DNA from: an uncultured Verrucomicrobia subdivision 3 bacterium
Lineage (GTDB): Bacteria > Verrucomicrobiota > Verrucomicrobiia > Limisphaerales > DASXHY01
DNA: 64,000 nucleotides
Assembly: GCA_937890005.1 (NCBI GenBank)
Contig: CALBZA010000004.1
Location: 280,573 to 344,572, forward strand
Direction: 5' to 3'
Part shown: positions 19,972 through 29,962 of the stretch, in pieces
How positions within the stretch are numbered: the first letter of the stretch is position 1
How the letters are laid out: every line of letters starts with the position of its first letter
The notes under the pieces: model-generated
What the model saw: the letters and a program-made list of their open reading frames with translations, nothing else
What the model was told of the DNA's origin: nothing
Databases searched by the model: none
Made by a program: the position numbers and the translations under genes

Positions 19972-20924
19972 TAGCGCATCGGATAAAAGTAATTGGCCAT
20001 GTGGAAGAACAGCGGTGCGACGTAGATCAGGCTGTCGATGCGATCGAGAATGCCGCCGTGTCCAGGAATGTTCGCGCCCATGTCCTTGATGCCGATGTCG
20101 CGCTTGATGACGCTGATCGCGAGATCGCCCAGTTGTCCGCCGAGGCCGACGATCAGTCCCGCAAGAATCAGTTGAACGGCGCCAAAGTGCGGAAACGAAA
20201 AGTGCAACAGCCAGGGAAGCGCCATTGAAACTCCCAGCGCGCCCAACGATCCGGCCCATGTTTTCTTGGGACTGATGTTGCTTCGGAATTTCCGTTTGCC
20301 GAACAGTTTTCCAAACGTGAAGGCGGCAACATCGTTGATTTCCGTCGCAAACAGCACGTAGAGCAGGTAGCCATAGGCGTATCGCGAGTTCGCCAGAAAC
20401 GCGAGATGACCGAACATCCAGCCGATGTAGATGAACCCGACGATGGCGAGAGCGACGGTCTGGAGCTGGCCTTTGACTTCGTTCCGCACGATGGGAATCA
20501 GGAAGATCAACGCGACCGCGAAGATAGGCAGGACGATGAAAAGATTGTACCAGCCAGCACCGCTTTCCTCGCCTTGAGGCTGTCGCATCAGACACGTAAT
20601 TCCCACAGCGATGATTCCGAGATAAACAGCACCGGTCGTCCACCAGTCGCGATACAAACCGGTTGCGCGAGCGAATTCCTTGAAGGCCAGTCCTGCCAGC
20701 ACGCAGAAGAATACGATGACGACTATGCGCCCCGCGAAAATGCTCCCGAAGATCAGCGGCGCCATCATCAGCCAGCTTCGATACGTGAGCCAGACCGACC
20801 GGATTTCCTTCTTCAAGCCGAACCTGAGTACCGACAGAACCACGCCCGCAACTCCCAGGATGGCGAGCACGATATACAGATACGTGCGGAAGATGTCGTC
20901 GTGCAGAGCAGCTTGCGGTGTCAT
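19971..20924 (-). CDS. cdsA: phosphatidate cytidylyltransferase (CDP-diglyceride synthase)
   Basis: 317 aa from the ATG at 20924, which forms an ATGA overlap with the upstream gene. Multi-TM. C-terminal signature SVIKRDIGIKDMGANIPGHGGILDRIDS. Confidence 0.9.
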   Translation of the reverse strand: MTPQAALHDDIFRTYLYIVLAILGVAGVVLSVLRFGLKKEIRSVWLTYRSWLMMAPLIFGSIFAGRIVVIVFFCVLAGLAFKEFARATGLYRDWWTTGAVYLGIIAVGITCLMRQPQGEESGAGWYNLFIVLPIFAVALIFLIPIVRNEVKGQLQTVALAIVGFIYIGWMFGHLAFLANSRYAYGYLLYVLFATEINDVAAFTFGKLFGKRKFRSNISPKKTWAGSLGALGVSMALPWLLHFSFPHFGAVQLILAGLIVGLGGQLGDLAISVIKRDIGIKDMGANIPGHGGILDRIDSLIYVAPLFFHMANYFYPMR

Positions 20925-21634
20925 GGCTGTCTCGCTTTCGCTGCGGATTTCAACTGGAGCGCTTTCATGATCCGGCTCAGTCGAATCCAGATCGTTTGCA
21001 GACATCCGGCGATGACGACGATGCAGGTCCAGTCGAGCACCGTCAGCGCGCCGAGCTGAATTTTATTGTCCGACCAAAGCAGTCCGAGCGTGACAAAGGC
21101 GCCGACGTTGAGAGTGACCATGCGCCAGGGTTTCGACATGATCCCGCTGAACTCGCGCTGGACGCCGACCGCCTGTCCAAACAGGCCGACATACGCGGTG
21201 AGAACAGCGAAGATCGCAGCCCAATATCCGGCAAAGGGTGAATTCAGTCCGCTGTGTGCCACGCCGGCGAAAATCAAAACATCGGAAACACGATCCGGAA
21301 GGTCATTTAGAATTTCGCCGCGCCAGCTCGCTTTTCCGGACGCCAATGCGACCATGCCGTCGAGCATGTTGCACCACAGCCGGAGATAACAGAATGCGGG
21401 TCCGAGAATCAGCAGCCACGGATGAGCCGTTGCCCGCCAGAAGCATACGCCGGCTGCTGCTGCGGCAACGATTGAGAAGTAGGAGATCGCATCCGGATGA
21501 ATGTTGCAGCGCAGGCACAGCTGCACGGCCCAATGCGCGGTTTTGCGGAACGCATCGGCAATGGGCCGCCGCGACGTGGGCTGATATCCCGACGATGGCT
21601 GGTTGGTCTGGTTCATGGGTTTCTGAGCGGACAA
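20921..21634 (-). CDS. CDP-alcohol phosphatidyltransferase family protein
   Basis: 237-aa multi-TM ORF containing DGMVALASGKASWRGEILNDLPDRVSD, i.e. the DG..A....G...D...D motif of the family. It is the first gene of the cdsA-plsC operon. Confidence 0.85.
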   Translation of the reverse strand: MSAQKPMNQTNQPSSGYQPTSRRPIADAFRKTAHWAVQLCLRCNIHPDAISYFSIVAAAAAGVCFWRATAHPWLLILGPAFCYLRLWCNMLDGMVALASGKASWRGEILNDLPDRVSDVLIFAGVAHSGLNSPFAGYWAAIFAVLTAYVGLFGQAVGVQREFSGIMSKPWRMVTLNVGAFVTLGLLWSDNKIQLGALTVLDWTCIVVIAGCLQTIWIRLSRIMKALQLKSAAKARQP

Positions 21635-21747
21635 TAGGGAACCGGTTTAGCTTCGTCCATACGACCAGAGGCGTAGTTCTTTGTGATCGGTTGCCTGTTT
21701 CCAATAGGCGAAGATCCATTCACACGATTTGAACGCGAGAACAAAAC

Positions 21748-21950
21748 AAAACTCACGCAAAGGACGCAAAGGGCGCGAAGGTCGCGTTGCGGGAGATCTG
21801 TAAGAGCATTGTCACGTGGGGCGGTTTTTCCAGGCGCCAGTTTACGAAACTTTCGAGTCGCGGAGCGCAGAGCCTCGCTCCGCACGTTTCGTGTGAAATG
21901 CTCCGTGCTCCTTTTCCCCTCTTCCCCTTTTCCCCTTTCCCCTCCGCCAG
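21748..21950 (+). repeat. intergenic repeat element, copy A (contains a GC-rich 'cacgcaaaggacgcaaagggcgcgaagg' module, hairpins and a 38-nt homopyrimidine tract)
   Basis: Three blocks align by eye with the reverse complement of 24188-24426. Block 1: 21751-21783. Block 2: 21820-21850. Block 3: 21880-21950, including the pyrimidine tract 21908-21945. Confidence 0.8.
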
Positions 21951-22055
21951 GCCGGACCAAGCCACAGCGCGTTTCAAAGTCAAAATCAGCGACACTTTTA
22001 CAGAGGGTTCAACGGTTGCACTCAAAGACTTCTCTGTTAAGGTGGCATCGAGGTT

Positions 22056-23354
22056 TTGATGAAGCGCGTTTCTTTCATTCTCGTTCTGATCTGGCTGATG
22101 ATCCGGCCTTCCAGCGCAGAGGCTGCAACGGTCGGAGTGATTCAGGTGAAGGGCGCCATCGGCCCAGCCACCGCCGGCTACATTGCCCGCGCGATCAAGG
22201 TTTCTGAGGAACGAAACGACACCTGCCTGATTCTCCAGCTCGACACTCCGGGCGGATTACTCGATTCCACCAAGGACATCGTTGAAAGTTTTTATGCTTC
22301 CAAAGTTCCGGTCGTCGTTTTCGTCGCTCCATCGGGCGCAAATGCCGGGAGCGCGGGAACGTTCATCACCATGGCCGCCCACATCGCCGCGATGGCGCCG
22401 CACAGCAGCATTGGTGCTGCGCATCCGGTTTCCATCGGCTCCGGCGGCAATGTTGAAAAGACCGACGACGTGATGAAGCAGAAGCTGGAGAACTTTGCGG
22501 GCAGTTACATCCAGAGCATCGCGGAGAAACGGGGTCGCAACGCGGATTGGGCGAGGTCGGCTGTGGTCGAAAGCGCTTCGATAACCGCGGAAAAGGCGCT
22601 GGAATTGAACGTCATCGATTTGATCGCAGAGGATATTCCCGATCTTCTGAAAAAGATCGACGGGCGGGAGGTGGATGGAATGACGATTAAAACCTCCGGC
22701 GCCGAAACAACGCCGATTCCCATGGTGCCGCGGGAGAAATTCTTCCAACTGATCTGGCGCCCTGAAGTGATGTTCGTTCTGCTGCTCGTGGCGATTTATG
22801 GAATCGTGGGTGAAATCAACAATCCCGGCACGTTCCTGCCCGGCGTGGCCGGTGCGATTGCTCTCATTCTGTTCCTCTACATGTCCACGATCCTGCCAAT
22901 CAACATCGCCGGCATCGCGCTGATCGTGCTCGCGGTCATTTTGTTTGTTCTGGAGATTTACGTGCCGTCACATGGCGTGCTTGGGGTGGGAGGGGTGGTT
23001 GCATTCTTTCTGGGGGCGTTGATGTTGTTCAATCGCGCGGCGCCGGGATTTCATTTGTCGCTCTGGTACGTCGTGCCTGCGACGGTTGTGACGGCGGTGT
23101 TCTTCCTGTTTGTCGTTGCGGCTGGATTGAAGGCGCAGCGACGTCCACCGCAGACCGGCGCGGAGGCAATGATTGGACAAGTGGCGCCGGCACTGACAGA
23201 CATTGATGCGAACAGCGGACGCGTGTTCGTCGAAGGGGAATACTGGAATGCTGTCAGCGATGTGAACATTGCCAAGGGTGAACAGGTGCGGATCAAAGGC
23301 TTGGAAGGGCTGACCTTGAAAGTGGAGCCTCAGGACAAAAAGGAAAAACTATGA
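22056..23354 (+). CDS. nfeD: NfeD-family membrane-bound ClpP-class serine protease
   Basis: 432-aa ORF with signal/anchor, a ClpP-like domain ([22 protein letters not shown]), 4-5 TM helices and a C-terminal OB-like NfeD domain. ATGA overlap with the downstream SPFH gene. Confidence 0.9.
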   Translation: MMKRVSFILVLIWLMIRPSSAEAATVGVIQVKGAIGPATAGYIARAIKVSEERNDTCLILQLDTPGGLLDSTKDIVESFYASKVPVVVFVAPSGANAGSAGTFITMAAHIAAMAPHSSIGAAHPVSIGSGGNVEKTDDVMKQKLENFAGSYIQSIAEKRGRNADWARSAVVESASITAEKALELNVIDLIAEDIPDLLKKIDGREVDGMTIKTSGAETTPIPMVPREKFFQLIWRPEVMFVLLLVAIYGIVGEINNPGTFLPGVAGAIALILFLYMSTILPINIAGIALIVLAVILFVLEIYVPSHGVLGVGGVVAFFLGALMLFNRAAPGFHLSLWYVVPATVVTAVFFLFVVAAGLKAQRRPPQTGAEAMIGQVAPALTDIDANSGRVFVEGEYWNAVSDVNIAKGEQVRIKGLEGLTLKVEPQDKKEKL

Positions 23355-24127
23355 ATGACGTGATTGCAGGACTCATGAAACTCGGTTCCGGCGTGCTGGT
23401 GGTGATCATCATCGCCTCGTTTCTGCTGCCGCAGATGGTGCGAATCCTTCGCGAATACGAACGCGGTGTCATTTTTCGTCTCGGAAAACTGCTTGGCGCC
23501 AAAGGACCGGGACTGATCTTTCTCATCCCGGTCGTCGATCGGATGGTGAAGATGGATTTGCGCGTGGTGACCATCGATGTTGCCCGCCAGGAAATCATGA
23601 CCAAGGACAACGTGCCGGTTTCGGTCGATGCGGTGGTTTACTTCCGGGTGATCGATCCGATCGCGTCTGTTGTCAAAGTGGAGAATTATTGGAAGGCGAC
23701 ATCGTTGATTTCACAGACGACGTTGCGCAGCGTTCTTGGTCAGGCCGAACTGGACGATCTCCTTTCCCACCGCGAGAAGATCAACCAGACCTTGCAGGAA
23801 ATCATCGATCGCCAGACCGATCCGTGGGGCATCAAAGTCACTGCTGTGGAAATCAAGGATGTTTCCCTGCCGGAAACGATGAAGCGCGCGATGGCGAAAC
23901 AGGCCGAGGCCGAGCGCGAACGCCGCGCGAAGATTGTGAATGCCGAGGGCGAATTCCAGGCGGCGGAGAAAATGGTGCAGGCGGCGTCGATGATCTCGAA
24001 GGAGCCGATCGCTTTGCAGCTTCGTTATCTTCAGACCATGCGCGAAATGGCAAACGAGCACAACACGACCACCTTCCTGCCGCTGCCGATCGATCTGTTC
24101 AGCTCGTTCCTGAAGAAGGATAAGTGA
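23351..24127 (+). CDS. SPFH/band-7 (stomatin-like, slipin) protein
   Basis: 258-aa ORF with an N-terminal anchor. Has the PHB-domain pattern ([47 protein letters not shown]). Confidence 0.93.
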   Translation: MNDVIAGLMKLGSGVLVVIIIASFLLPQMVRILREYERGVIFRLGKLLGAKGPGLIFLIPVVDRMVKMDLRVVTIDVARQEIMTKDNVPVSVDAVVYFRVIDPIASVVKVENYWKATSLISQTTLRSVLGQAELDDLLSHREKINQTLQEIIDRQTDPWGIKVTAVEIKDVSLPETMKRAMAKQAEAERERRAKIVNAEGEFQAAEKMVQAASMISKEPIALQLRYLQTMREMANEHNTTTFLPLPIDLFSSFLKKDK

Positions 24128-24187
24128 GGCCGTGCCGGCTTTGGGAAGCCTGTGTGCGAACGGGATAGCGGTTTGAGGACTGATGGC

Positions 24188-24426
24188 TGAGGGGAAAGGG
24201 AGAAAAGGGGAAAAGGGGAAAAGGAGCGCGGAGCATCGCTTCGCACGGTTCGTGCGCAATAATGCTCCCCGCTTCGTCTGGAATGGCGTGCTCTGGAACA
24301 CGAACACGAGACTGGGATGCTCCGTGAACCGGCAGTTGGAAAAACTGCCTATGATACGGCGTCATGCTTCGTGCGTTGCCAAACTCAGTTCCCTCCTTCG
24401 CGCCCTTCGCGTCCTTCGCGTGAGGT
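24188..24426 (-). repeat. intergenic repeat element, copy B (inverted relative to copy A; 38-nt homopurine tract 24189-24226)
   Basis: The reverse complement aligns with copy A in the same three blocks (about 28 of 33 identical in block 1 by manual count). It contains ccttcgcgcccttcgcgtccttcgcgtgagg. Confidence 0.8.
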
Positions 24427-24560
24427 TTCCGTTTTTTATGGAGATGACCGGCAAACAGACAGAGCTCCAGTTCGACGGTTCCGAAGCGTGCCCTGATTCC
24501 CGCCGGGTTTGAGAGTGACAATTTTGCAGTGCCGCCGCACATTCCCCGCGTTTTCAACCG

Positions 24561-25961
24561 ATGAAGAAATCATCTCCAGTTTCACGAAGCGGACGCTTCT
24601 CCGGCGGCCCCGCAGCGGACGTCGCGCAGTTCACCGAATCCATCTCCTTCGATTGGCGGCTGTGGAAGTACGACATCCTCGGCTCGCTGGCCCACGCCAA
24701 CATGTTGAAGAAAATCGGCGTGTTGACCTCAGCTGAACTCGCGGCCATTGCAAAAGGACTCGACGCAATCGCAAAGGAGATCGAGTCGGGGCAGTTCAGG
24801 TGGAAGCCTGAACTGGAGGATGTGCACATGAACATCGAAGCCGAGCTGACGCGACGCGTTCCGGCCGGAGCGAAGCTGCACACCGGGCGGTCGCGCAACG
24901 ATCAGGTCGCACTCGACATTCGCATGTGGCTGCGCGATCAGCTGATTCAACTGATCGGAGAAATTCGTTCGCTGCAGATGTCGCTCGTCGCACTCGGCGA
25001 AGCCAACAGCTCGGTCATCATTCCGGGTTACACGCATCTTCAGCGCGCCCAGCCGGTTTACTTCGCGCATCATCTGCTTGCTTACGTGGAAATGTTCGAT
25101 CGCGACCGCGAACGGTTCGGCGATGGCCTTTCCCGGGTGAACGTTTGTCCGCTCGGCGCTGGTGCGATTGCCGGTTCCACGCTTCCGTTGGATCGCGAAA
25201 CGGTCGCGGAGACGCTGGGGTTCGTTGACAACAAAGGCCGGCCGAGAGTCACACGCAATTCGATGGATGCGGTCAGCGATCGCGATTTCGCAATCGAGTT
25301 CTGTTCCAGCGCGGCGTTGCTGGCGGTGCATCTGTCACGGCTGGCCGAAGATCTGATTCTCTGGGCGAGCAGTGAGTTCAATTTCATCCGCATCGCCGAC
25401 GCCTACACGACCGGTTCGTCGTTGATGCCGCAGAAAAAGAATCCCGACATCGCCGAACTGACACGCGGCAAAAGCGGACGCGTGGTCGGAAATCTTGTGT
25501 CGCTCCTGACGCTGCTCAAAGGTTTGCCGATGACCTACAATCGCGATCTGCAGGAGGACAAGGAACGTCTGTTCGACAGCGTGGACACAGTGCGCGCAAC
25601 GGTCCGGATCGTGGCCGCGATGTTGCGCAACACGACGGTGAACAGCGCAGCCTGCGAAGCGGCGGCGGCGGACCCGGCGTTGCTTGCGACCGATCTCGCT
25701 GATTATCTCGTGCGGAAAGGAATGCCGTTCCGGCACGCGCATCATGTGGTCGGCGCTGTGGTGGCATTTGCCGAGAAAACGGGCAAACCGTTGAACCGGG
25801 TTTCCGTCGCGGAACTGCAGGCGATCGACAAAACCTTCAGCAGCGACGCCGTGGAGATTTTTGATCTGCGCAAGGCGATGTCGCGGCGAAATCTGACAGG
25901 TGCGCCGGGAACGAAGGAAGTTGGAAAACAACTCGCGTTCTGGAAGAAGCGCCTCTCGTGA
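24561..25961 (+). CDS. argH: argininosuccinate lyase
   Basis: 466-aa ORF with the fumarate-lyase signature TGSSLMPQKKNPD. N-terminal SGRFSGG...FTESISFD is typical of ArgH. Confidence 0.95.
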   Translation: MKKSSPVSRSGRFSGGPAADVAQFTESISFDWRLWKYDILGSLAHANMLKKIGVLTSAELAAIAKGLDAIAKEIESGQFRWKPELEDVHMNIEAELTRRVPAGAKLHTGRSRNDQVALDIRMWLRDQLIQLIGEIRSLQMSLVALGEANSSVIIPGYTHLQRAQPVYFAHHLLAYVEMFDRDRERFGDGLSRVNVCPLGAGAIAGSTLPLDRETVAETLGFVDNKGRPRVTRNSMDAVSDRDFAIEFCSSAALLAVHLSRLAEDLILWASSEFNFIRIADAYTTGSSLMPQKKNPDIAELTRGKSGRVVGNLVSLLTLLKGLPMTYNRDLQEDKERLFDSVDTVRATVRIVAAMLRNTTVNSAACEAAAADPALLATDLADYLVRKGMPFRHAHHVVGAVVAFAEKTGKPLNRVSVAELQAIDKTFSSDAVEIFDLRKAMSRRNLTGAPGTKEVGKQLAFWKKRLS

Positions 25962-25965
25962 GTCG

Positions 25966-26361
25966 ATGAAAACGCCTCCGAAGATTGGCACCACAGGTGA
26001 ACTGGAATTCGTGGTCGGGCAGCAGAACGTCATCGACTTCGCGACGGACGGCATGCCGGCAGTGTTGAGCACGCCGAATCTGATCGGCTGGCTGGAACGA
26101 ACAGCGCGGCACACGCTGGCGCCATTTTTGGAAGCTGACGAACGCAGCGTTGGAATTGAAGTGGATGTCAAACACCTCGCTCCGACGCCGCTTGGCGCGA
26201 AAGTGAAATGCACCGCACGGGTGATTTCGGTGGATGGTCGTCAGGTTGAATTTCAGGTGGAAGCGTGGGATGAACACGAACGGATCATCAAGGGACTTCA
26301 TCGCCGCGCGGTTGTCCGCGTCGGAAGTTTCGCGAAACGCCTGGCACAGAAAGGTGGTTAA
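25966..26361 (+). CDS. hotdog-fold thioesterase family protein
   Basis: 131 aa from the ATG at 25966, 5 nt after the argH stop. The pattern TTGELEFVV...VLSTPNLIGWLE...VGIEVDVKHLAPTPLG..V resembles FlK/PaaI-type thioesterases. Confidence 0.75.
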   Translation: MKTPPKIGTTGELEFVVGQQNVIDFATDGMPAVLSTPNLIGWLERTARHTLAPFLEADERSVGIEVDVKHLAPTPLGAKVKCTARVISVDGRQVEFQVEAWDEHERIIKGLHRRAVVRVGSFAKRLAQKGG

Positions 26362-26449
26362 GGCTTCGAATAGCTCGTGAAACCTCAACCCGCCGCGCCG
26401 CACCAGTGCATCAATGCAGGCTGAGTGAAAAAAAGGTGTCCGCCGTTTC

Positions 26450-26515
26450 ATCTGCGAAAATCTGCGCCATCTGTGGATGTCGGATCGTCCGCAGATTTCA
26501 CAGATGAACGCAGAT
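26450..26515. repeat. heptamer-array palindrome (3x ATCTGYG, 14-nt spacer, 3x CRCAGAT)
   Basis: ATCTGCG aaa ATCTGCG cc ATCTGTG at 26450-26475 and CGCAGAT tt CACAGAT gaa CGCAGAT at 26490-26515. The two arms have mirror-symmetric spacing. Confidence 0.8.
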
Positions 26516-26655
26516 GACGAACAAACGGATTCAACGCAAAGACGGGAATATTTGAAGACGCAGAGTCTTGGAATTTTTCTCTTCCTCTGCGCCTCGACGC
26601 CTCCGCGGTTTGCTTCAAGGACATCTGTTGTTAAACGGATCAGCCATATTCCGTT

Positions 26656-28614
26656 TCACGAGAGTGCATCTCGCGTGAAGATCAGAATGCTGTTGGCAGG
26701 AAGCGTAATCAGAGCGGAAAAGTTGAATCCCTGCCACGGAACTGGCTCGGCGAAGATGGAGCCACCGTTGCCGGAAACTGCCGGATTTACCCATCGATCG
26801 TAAACATCACTGTTGATCGATTCACGCCACGTCGCGCCGAAAGGAAAACCGATGCGATACTGAAACCGGTTTGCGTTCCCCAGATGCGCGACCACGATCA
26901 CGTCGCCCCCCACGAATTCCATCCATCGATGAAACGCGAGAACGCGATCCATATCGTGCACGTACGTAAGCCGGAAGCCTTCACCACACAATCCAGGCGT
27001 GCGCAACTTCAACTCCAGCACTTCGCGAACGAAGCGGCAGAAATCCCGGTTCGTAGAATCCGCTGCATCCAATCCATCCCAGAAAATCCGCAGCTCAGGA
27101 TGATTGTTCACGTCGTCGGACCACTGTTTGTCTCGGAGATATTCCTGTCCCATGAACATCATCGGAATGCCCGGCGCAGACAGGAGCAGTCCGGCGGCGA
27201 CGCGCGACCGGCTGCGCGCGTACCACGACCGTGAATCCGACGGATCGCTCACCCGCGGAATGCGCTCCATCCGATTGTGATCGCTGGCGTCCTTGGGGCG
27301 CATGACGAGATCGTGATTCTCCAGACTGTTCACGCCGCGCCATCGCGCCTGGAGATAATTCAGCCCCAGTTGATTCGCGAGCGCAGTCATCGGCAGCGGA
27401 TGATCGCCCGGAAAACTCGCGGTCCGTAACACATCACGCATCGCGATGCGAAAGCCGTCAGTCATGGTGGTGTGAAATCCCGCGCCGCCATCGGAAACCT
27501 CCCGCAACACCCACGAGTTGACCGGCCAGTATTCGGCATGAACGAGCGCGGAAGGTTTGTGCGCTTTGATTTCGCTCGTCAGTGTCTGACAAAAACTCCA
27601 GCCGCTTCCCCGATGACTTTCGCGATCGATCACACTGACTTCGTCAAAGCGAAATCCATCCGCGCGAAACTCGTCGAGCAGGAACTTCGCATTATCGATC
27701 AGAAACCGTGGAACGCCCTCGGATTCAAAGTTGAAGACATTTCCACCCGCCCAGGTTTTGTCGGAGAAATACAGCGAATTGAACCAGCGCGGTGGATTCT
27801 CATTCATCCCGGACTGGCGATCGAAGAACCACAGGCTTTCCTCGCCGAAACCGCCGCCTGCATGGTTGAACACGAGATCGAAAACAACGGCGAGTCCGTG
27901 GATGTGACACAAATCGACGAGCGCCTTCAACTGATTCATTCCCCCGCGCAGATGCTCCGATTGAAGCGTGTGCAACTGACGCGCCGCCAGCATTGCATTG
28001 ATCCGGTTCAGATACGGACCGATTCGCGTGTCTTCAACGCCAAACACCATTTCCGGTGAAAAGTAATCCGTGCCGTTGTAGCCAAGGCTGAAGTCGCCGG
28101 GAAACTCCTGAATCGGCAGCAGTTGAACCGCACGAAATCCAAGCTCCGCGAGATAAGGCACCTTGTCCGCGACATCGAGAAACGTGCCCGCCTTCAACGG
28201 CCACACAGGCGTATGAAACGCGCCGACGTGAAGCTGGTAGATTGACCATTCGTGGAATGGCGGAGGACGAAAGTTGACTTCGTGCCAGGGAAAATCAGAA
28301 CGCCGCACAACGCAGGTCGTTCCATCTGCAGTGAGTTCGCGCGCATACGGATCGCGTTTCCATCCCGCAGTGCCGGCGCCGACAATCCAGAAATTGTAAG
28401 TCGCGCGATCGGTCACGCCCGGAACAAAACCGATCCAATGACCGTTCTCGATACCTGTCAGTTCCAGTTCAGGACGAACCTGGAATCCGCTGAAGCTGCC
28501 CGCCACATACACCCGCAATGCTTTCGGAGCCCAGACGCGGAACGTGGCGCCATCGGCGACAAGTTGCGCGCCCATCGGTGTGCCGGAATGCGTATGTGCG
28601 AGCGACGCAGGCAT
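26656..28614 (-). CDS. GH13 alpha-amylase-family enzyme with N-terminal CBM48/E-set module (branching/debranching-like)
   Basis: 652 aa from the ATG at 28614, 1 nt after the stop of the upstream gene. N-terminal GATFRVWAPKALRVYVAGSF. GH13 regions: DLVFNHAG, DGFRFDEVS, HAEYWP, LENHD. Confidence 0.85.
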   Translation of the reverse strand: MPASLAHTHSGTPMGAQLVADGATFRVWAPKALRVYVAGSFSGFQVRPELELTGIENGHWIGFVPGVTDRATYNFWIVGAGTAGWKRDPYARELTADGTTCVVRRSDFPWHEVNFRPPPFHEWSIYQLHVGAFHTPVWPLKAGTFLDVADKVPYLAELGFRAVQLLPIQEFPGDFSLGYNGTDYFSPEMVFGVEDTRIGPYLNRINAMLAARQLHTLQSEHLRGGMNQLKALVDLCHIHGLAVVFDLVFNHAGGGFGEESLWFFDRQSGMNENPPRWFNSLYFSDKTWAGGNVFNFESEGVPRFLIDNAKFLLDEFRADGFRFDEVSVIDRESHRGSGWSFCQTLTSEIKAHKPSALVHAEYWPVNSWVLREVSDGGAGFHTTMTDGFRIAMRDVLRTASFPGDHPLPMTALANQLGLNYLQARWRGVNSLENHDLVMRPKDASDHNRMERIPRVSDPSDSRSWYARSRSRVAAGLLLSAPGIPMMFMGQEYLRDKQWSDDVNNHPELRIFWDGLDAADSTNRDFCRFVREVLELKLRTPGLCGEGFRLTYVHDMDRVLAFHRWMEFVGGDVIVVAHLGNANRFQYRIGFPFGATWRESINSDVYDRWVNPAVSGNGGSIFAEPVPWQGFNFSALITLPANSILIFTRDALS

Positions 28615-28615
28615 G

Positions 28616-29959
28616 TCAGTCGTATCCGCCAAACATGAACAGCGAACAGACTTCGTCCGTGCTGTTGAACAATGCGTGAAGCTGACCGGTTTTGCAGACG
28701 GTGAGATCGCCGGCAAGCATCGTGCGCACTTCGAAGGCGCGCTCCCGATTCGGGAACCGGCACCAGTCGCCAACGATCATCAACCCCTTACCCTGCAGCA
28801 TGAAGAACACTTCCTGATTGTCGCGATGCCGGTGAATTCCAATGCCGCACTCGGGCTGAAGAAGATGCAGATCCATGTAATCGACGGCCATGAATCGTTC
28901 CCGTTTTGATCCGGATGCTTTCGGGCCGCCGCCGGGTTCGCCGAAGTTCCACGTGTTGGCATCGAAGTTCCAGACGTCCAGATCGCGCCCCAGTTCGTTT
29001 TCCCAACTGCCGCCCAACGCCGCGCGGCGTTCGACTTCGTAATCGAAATAGTTCGAAAACAGATTTCGAAATTCCAGAAAACCGATGCCTCCGTGCGGAT
29101 TCGGACTCACGCCCACGGCGAGGTAATTCGACCAGCCACGGAACAGCATGTTGAACTCAAAATGGTAATTCTGTCCGTCGCGTGAATCCCAGGCCGTTCC
29201 GGTGTGATCCGCAAACGCCAGCTCGACATGCACGGCGCGGATCGGATGCATCGTATGCTCCGGATCGCGATTGAAAAGTTTCGCCGGCTGCGGATCCGGC
29301 AGGCGATTGCCTGCTTCGCGCACGCCATCAAATTCCGGCCCGACAAATACCGAACGACTTCCTTTGACGAAATCGGGCCGTTGAATGAGACGTCCGGCGT
29401 CAATCGCAGCCCGACCTTTTTCACTCAACAGATCGCGCAGATTGCTTCCTGCGTAACCCCAGATTTCCACTTCATAGCGGCTCGTCGCGGGATTGTACGG
29501 CAGACGAATCAATCCGCCCGAATGGTTCGGTCCAACCCGCACCCATGCTTGAATAAACGAGCTCAACGCACCGCCGCTCCTGCGTTCAAGTTCGGTTCCC
29601 GCGCCGCGATAGCTGATTTGAAGAAACGATCCGGTCCAGTCTCCTGCCGTGGCGTAACCGCGCACGAGATAAACGTCCTGCAATTTGAAATCGACGATGT
29701 TCTGCTTCTGGAAATCGTTTTTGTTGTCCTGAAACCGCGGATCAATGATTCCCGAATCGCCGCCTGCCGGGCTGTAAAGCGAGAGGTCGTGGTAGGGAAA
29801 AAGATACTGCAGCGAGTCCGCGAGATAATGTTCCCGTTCCGCCGCGAGATCGACGCGTTCGACGGCGCGCATGACCCGAAGGATCGGGTTGTTGACGTCG
29901 TAATTCGGACGCTGCGGTGAGACGACGACGCGGCTGATTTCAGATTCGACAATGTTCAT
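28616..29959 (-). CDS. two-domain protein: unknown ~330-aa N-terminal domain plus C-terminal metal-binding cupin
   Basis: 447-aa ORF. Cupin motif 1 is GIGIHRHRDNQEVFFMLQGKG and motif 2 is KTGQLHALFN. It is paralogous to the upstream gene (shared AW.R.GP, EVE.W and VELAF blocks). Confidence 0.75.
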   Translation of the reverse strand: MNIVESEISRVVVSPQRPNYDVNNPILRVMRAVERVDLAAEREHYLADSLQYLFPYHDLSLYSPAGGDSGIIDPRFQDNKNDFQKQNIVDFKLQDVYLVRGYATAGDWTGSFLQISYRGAGTELERRSGGALSSFIQAWVRVGPNHSGGLIRLPYNPATSRYEVEIWGYAGSNLRDLLSEKGRAAIDAGRLIQRPDFVKGSRSVFVGPEFDGVREAGNRLPDPQPAKLFNRDPEHTMHPIRAVHVELAFADHTGTAWDSRDGQNYHFEFNMLFRGWSNYLAVGVSPNPHGGIGFLEFRNLFSNYFDYEVERRAALGGSWENELGRDLDVWNFDANTWNFGEPGGGPKASGSKRERFMAVDYMDLHLLQPECGIGIHRHRDNQEVFFMLQGKGLMIVGDWCRFPNRERAFEVRTMLAGDLTVCKTGQLHALFNSTDEVCSLFMFGGYD

Positions 29960-29962
29960 TGG

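Noticed and set aside
19972-20643. N-terminal 224 aa of the tracked 462-aa ORF upstream of plsC. Analogous 5' extensions occur on 9408..10697, 19971..21005, 25900.., 26656..28773, 29963..31267, 59241.. and 59897...
   Set aside because: The extensions overlap the preceding gene and are Arg/Ser/Pro-rich. In every case an internal ATG forms an ATGA/TAATG junction, or lies 1-5 nt after the upstream stop, exactly where homology to the family begins.
21613-22207. ORFs 21613..21960, 21683..22207, 21753..22025, 21787..22059 and 24031..24557 with GKGEKGKRG-type low complexity.
   Set aside because: They are translations of the homopurine/homopyrimidine tracts and GC-rich modules of the intergenic repeat copies A and B.
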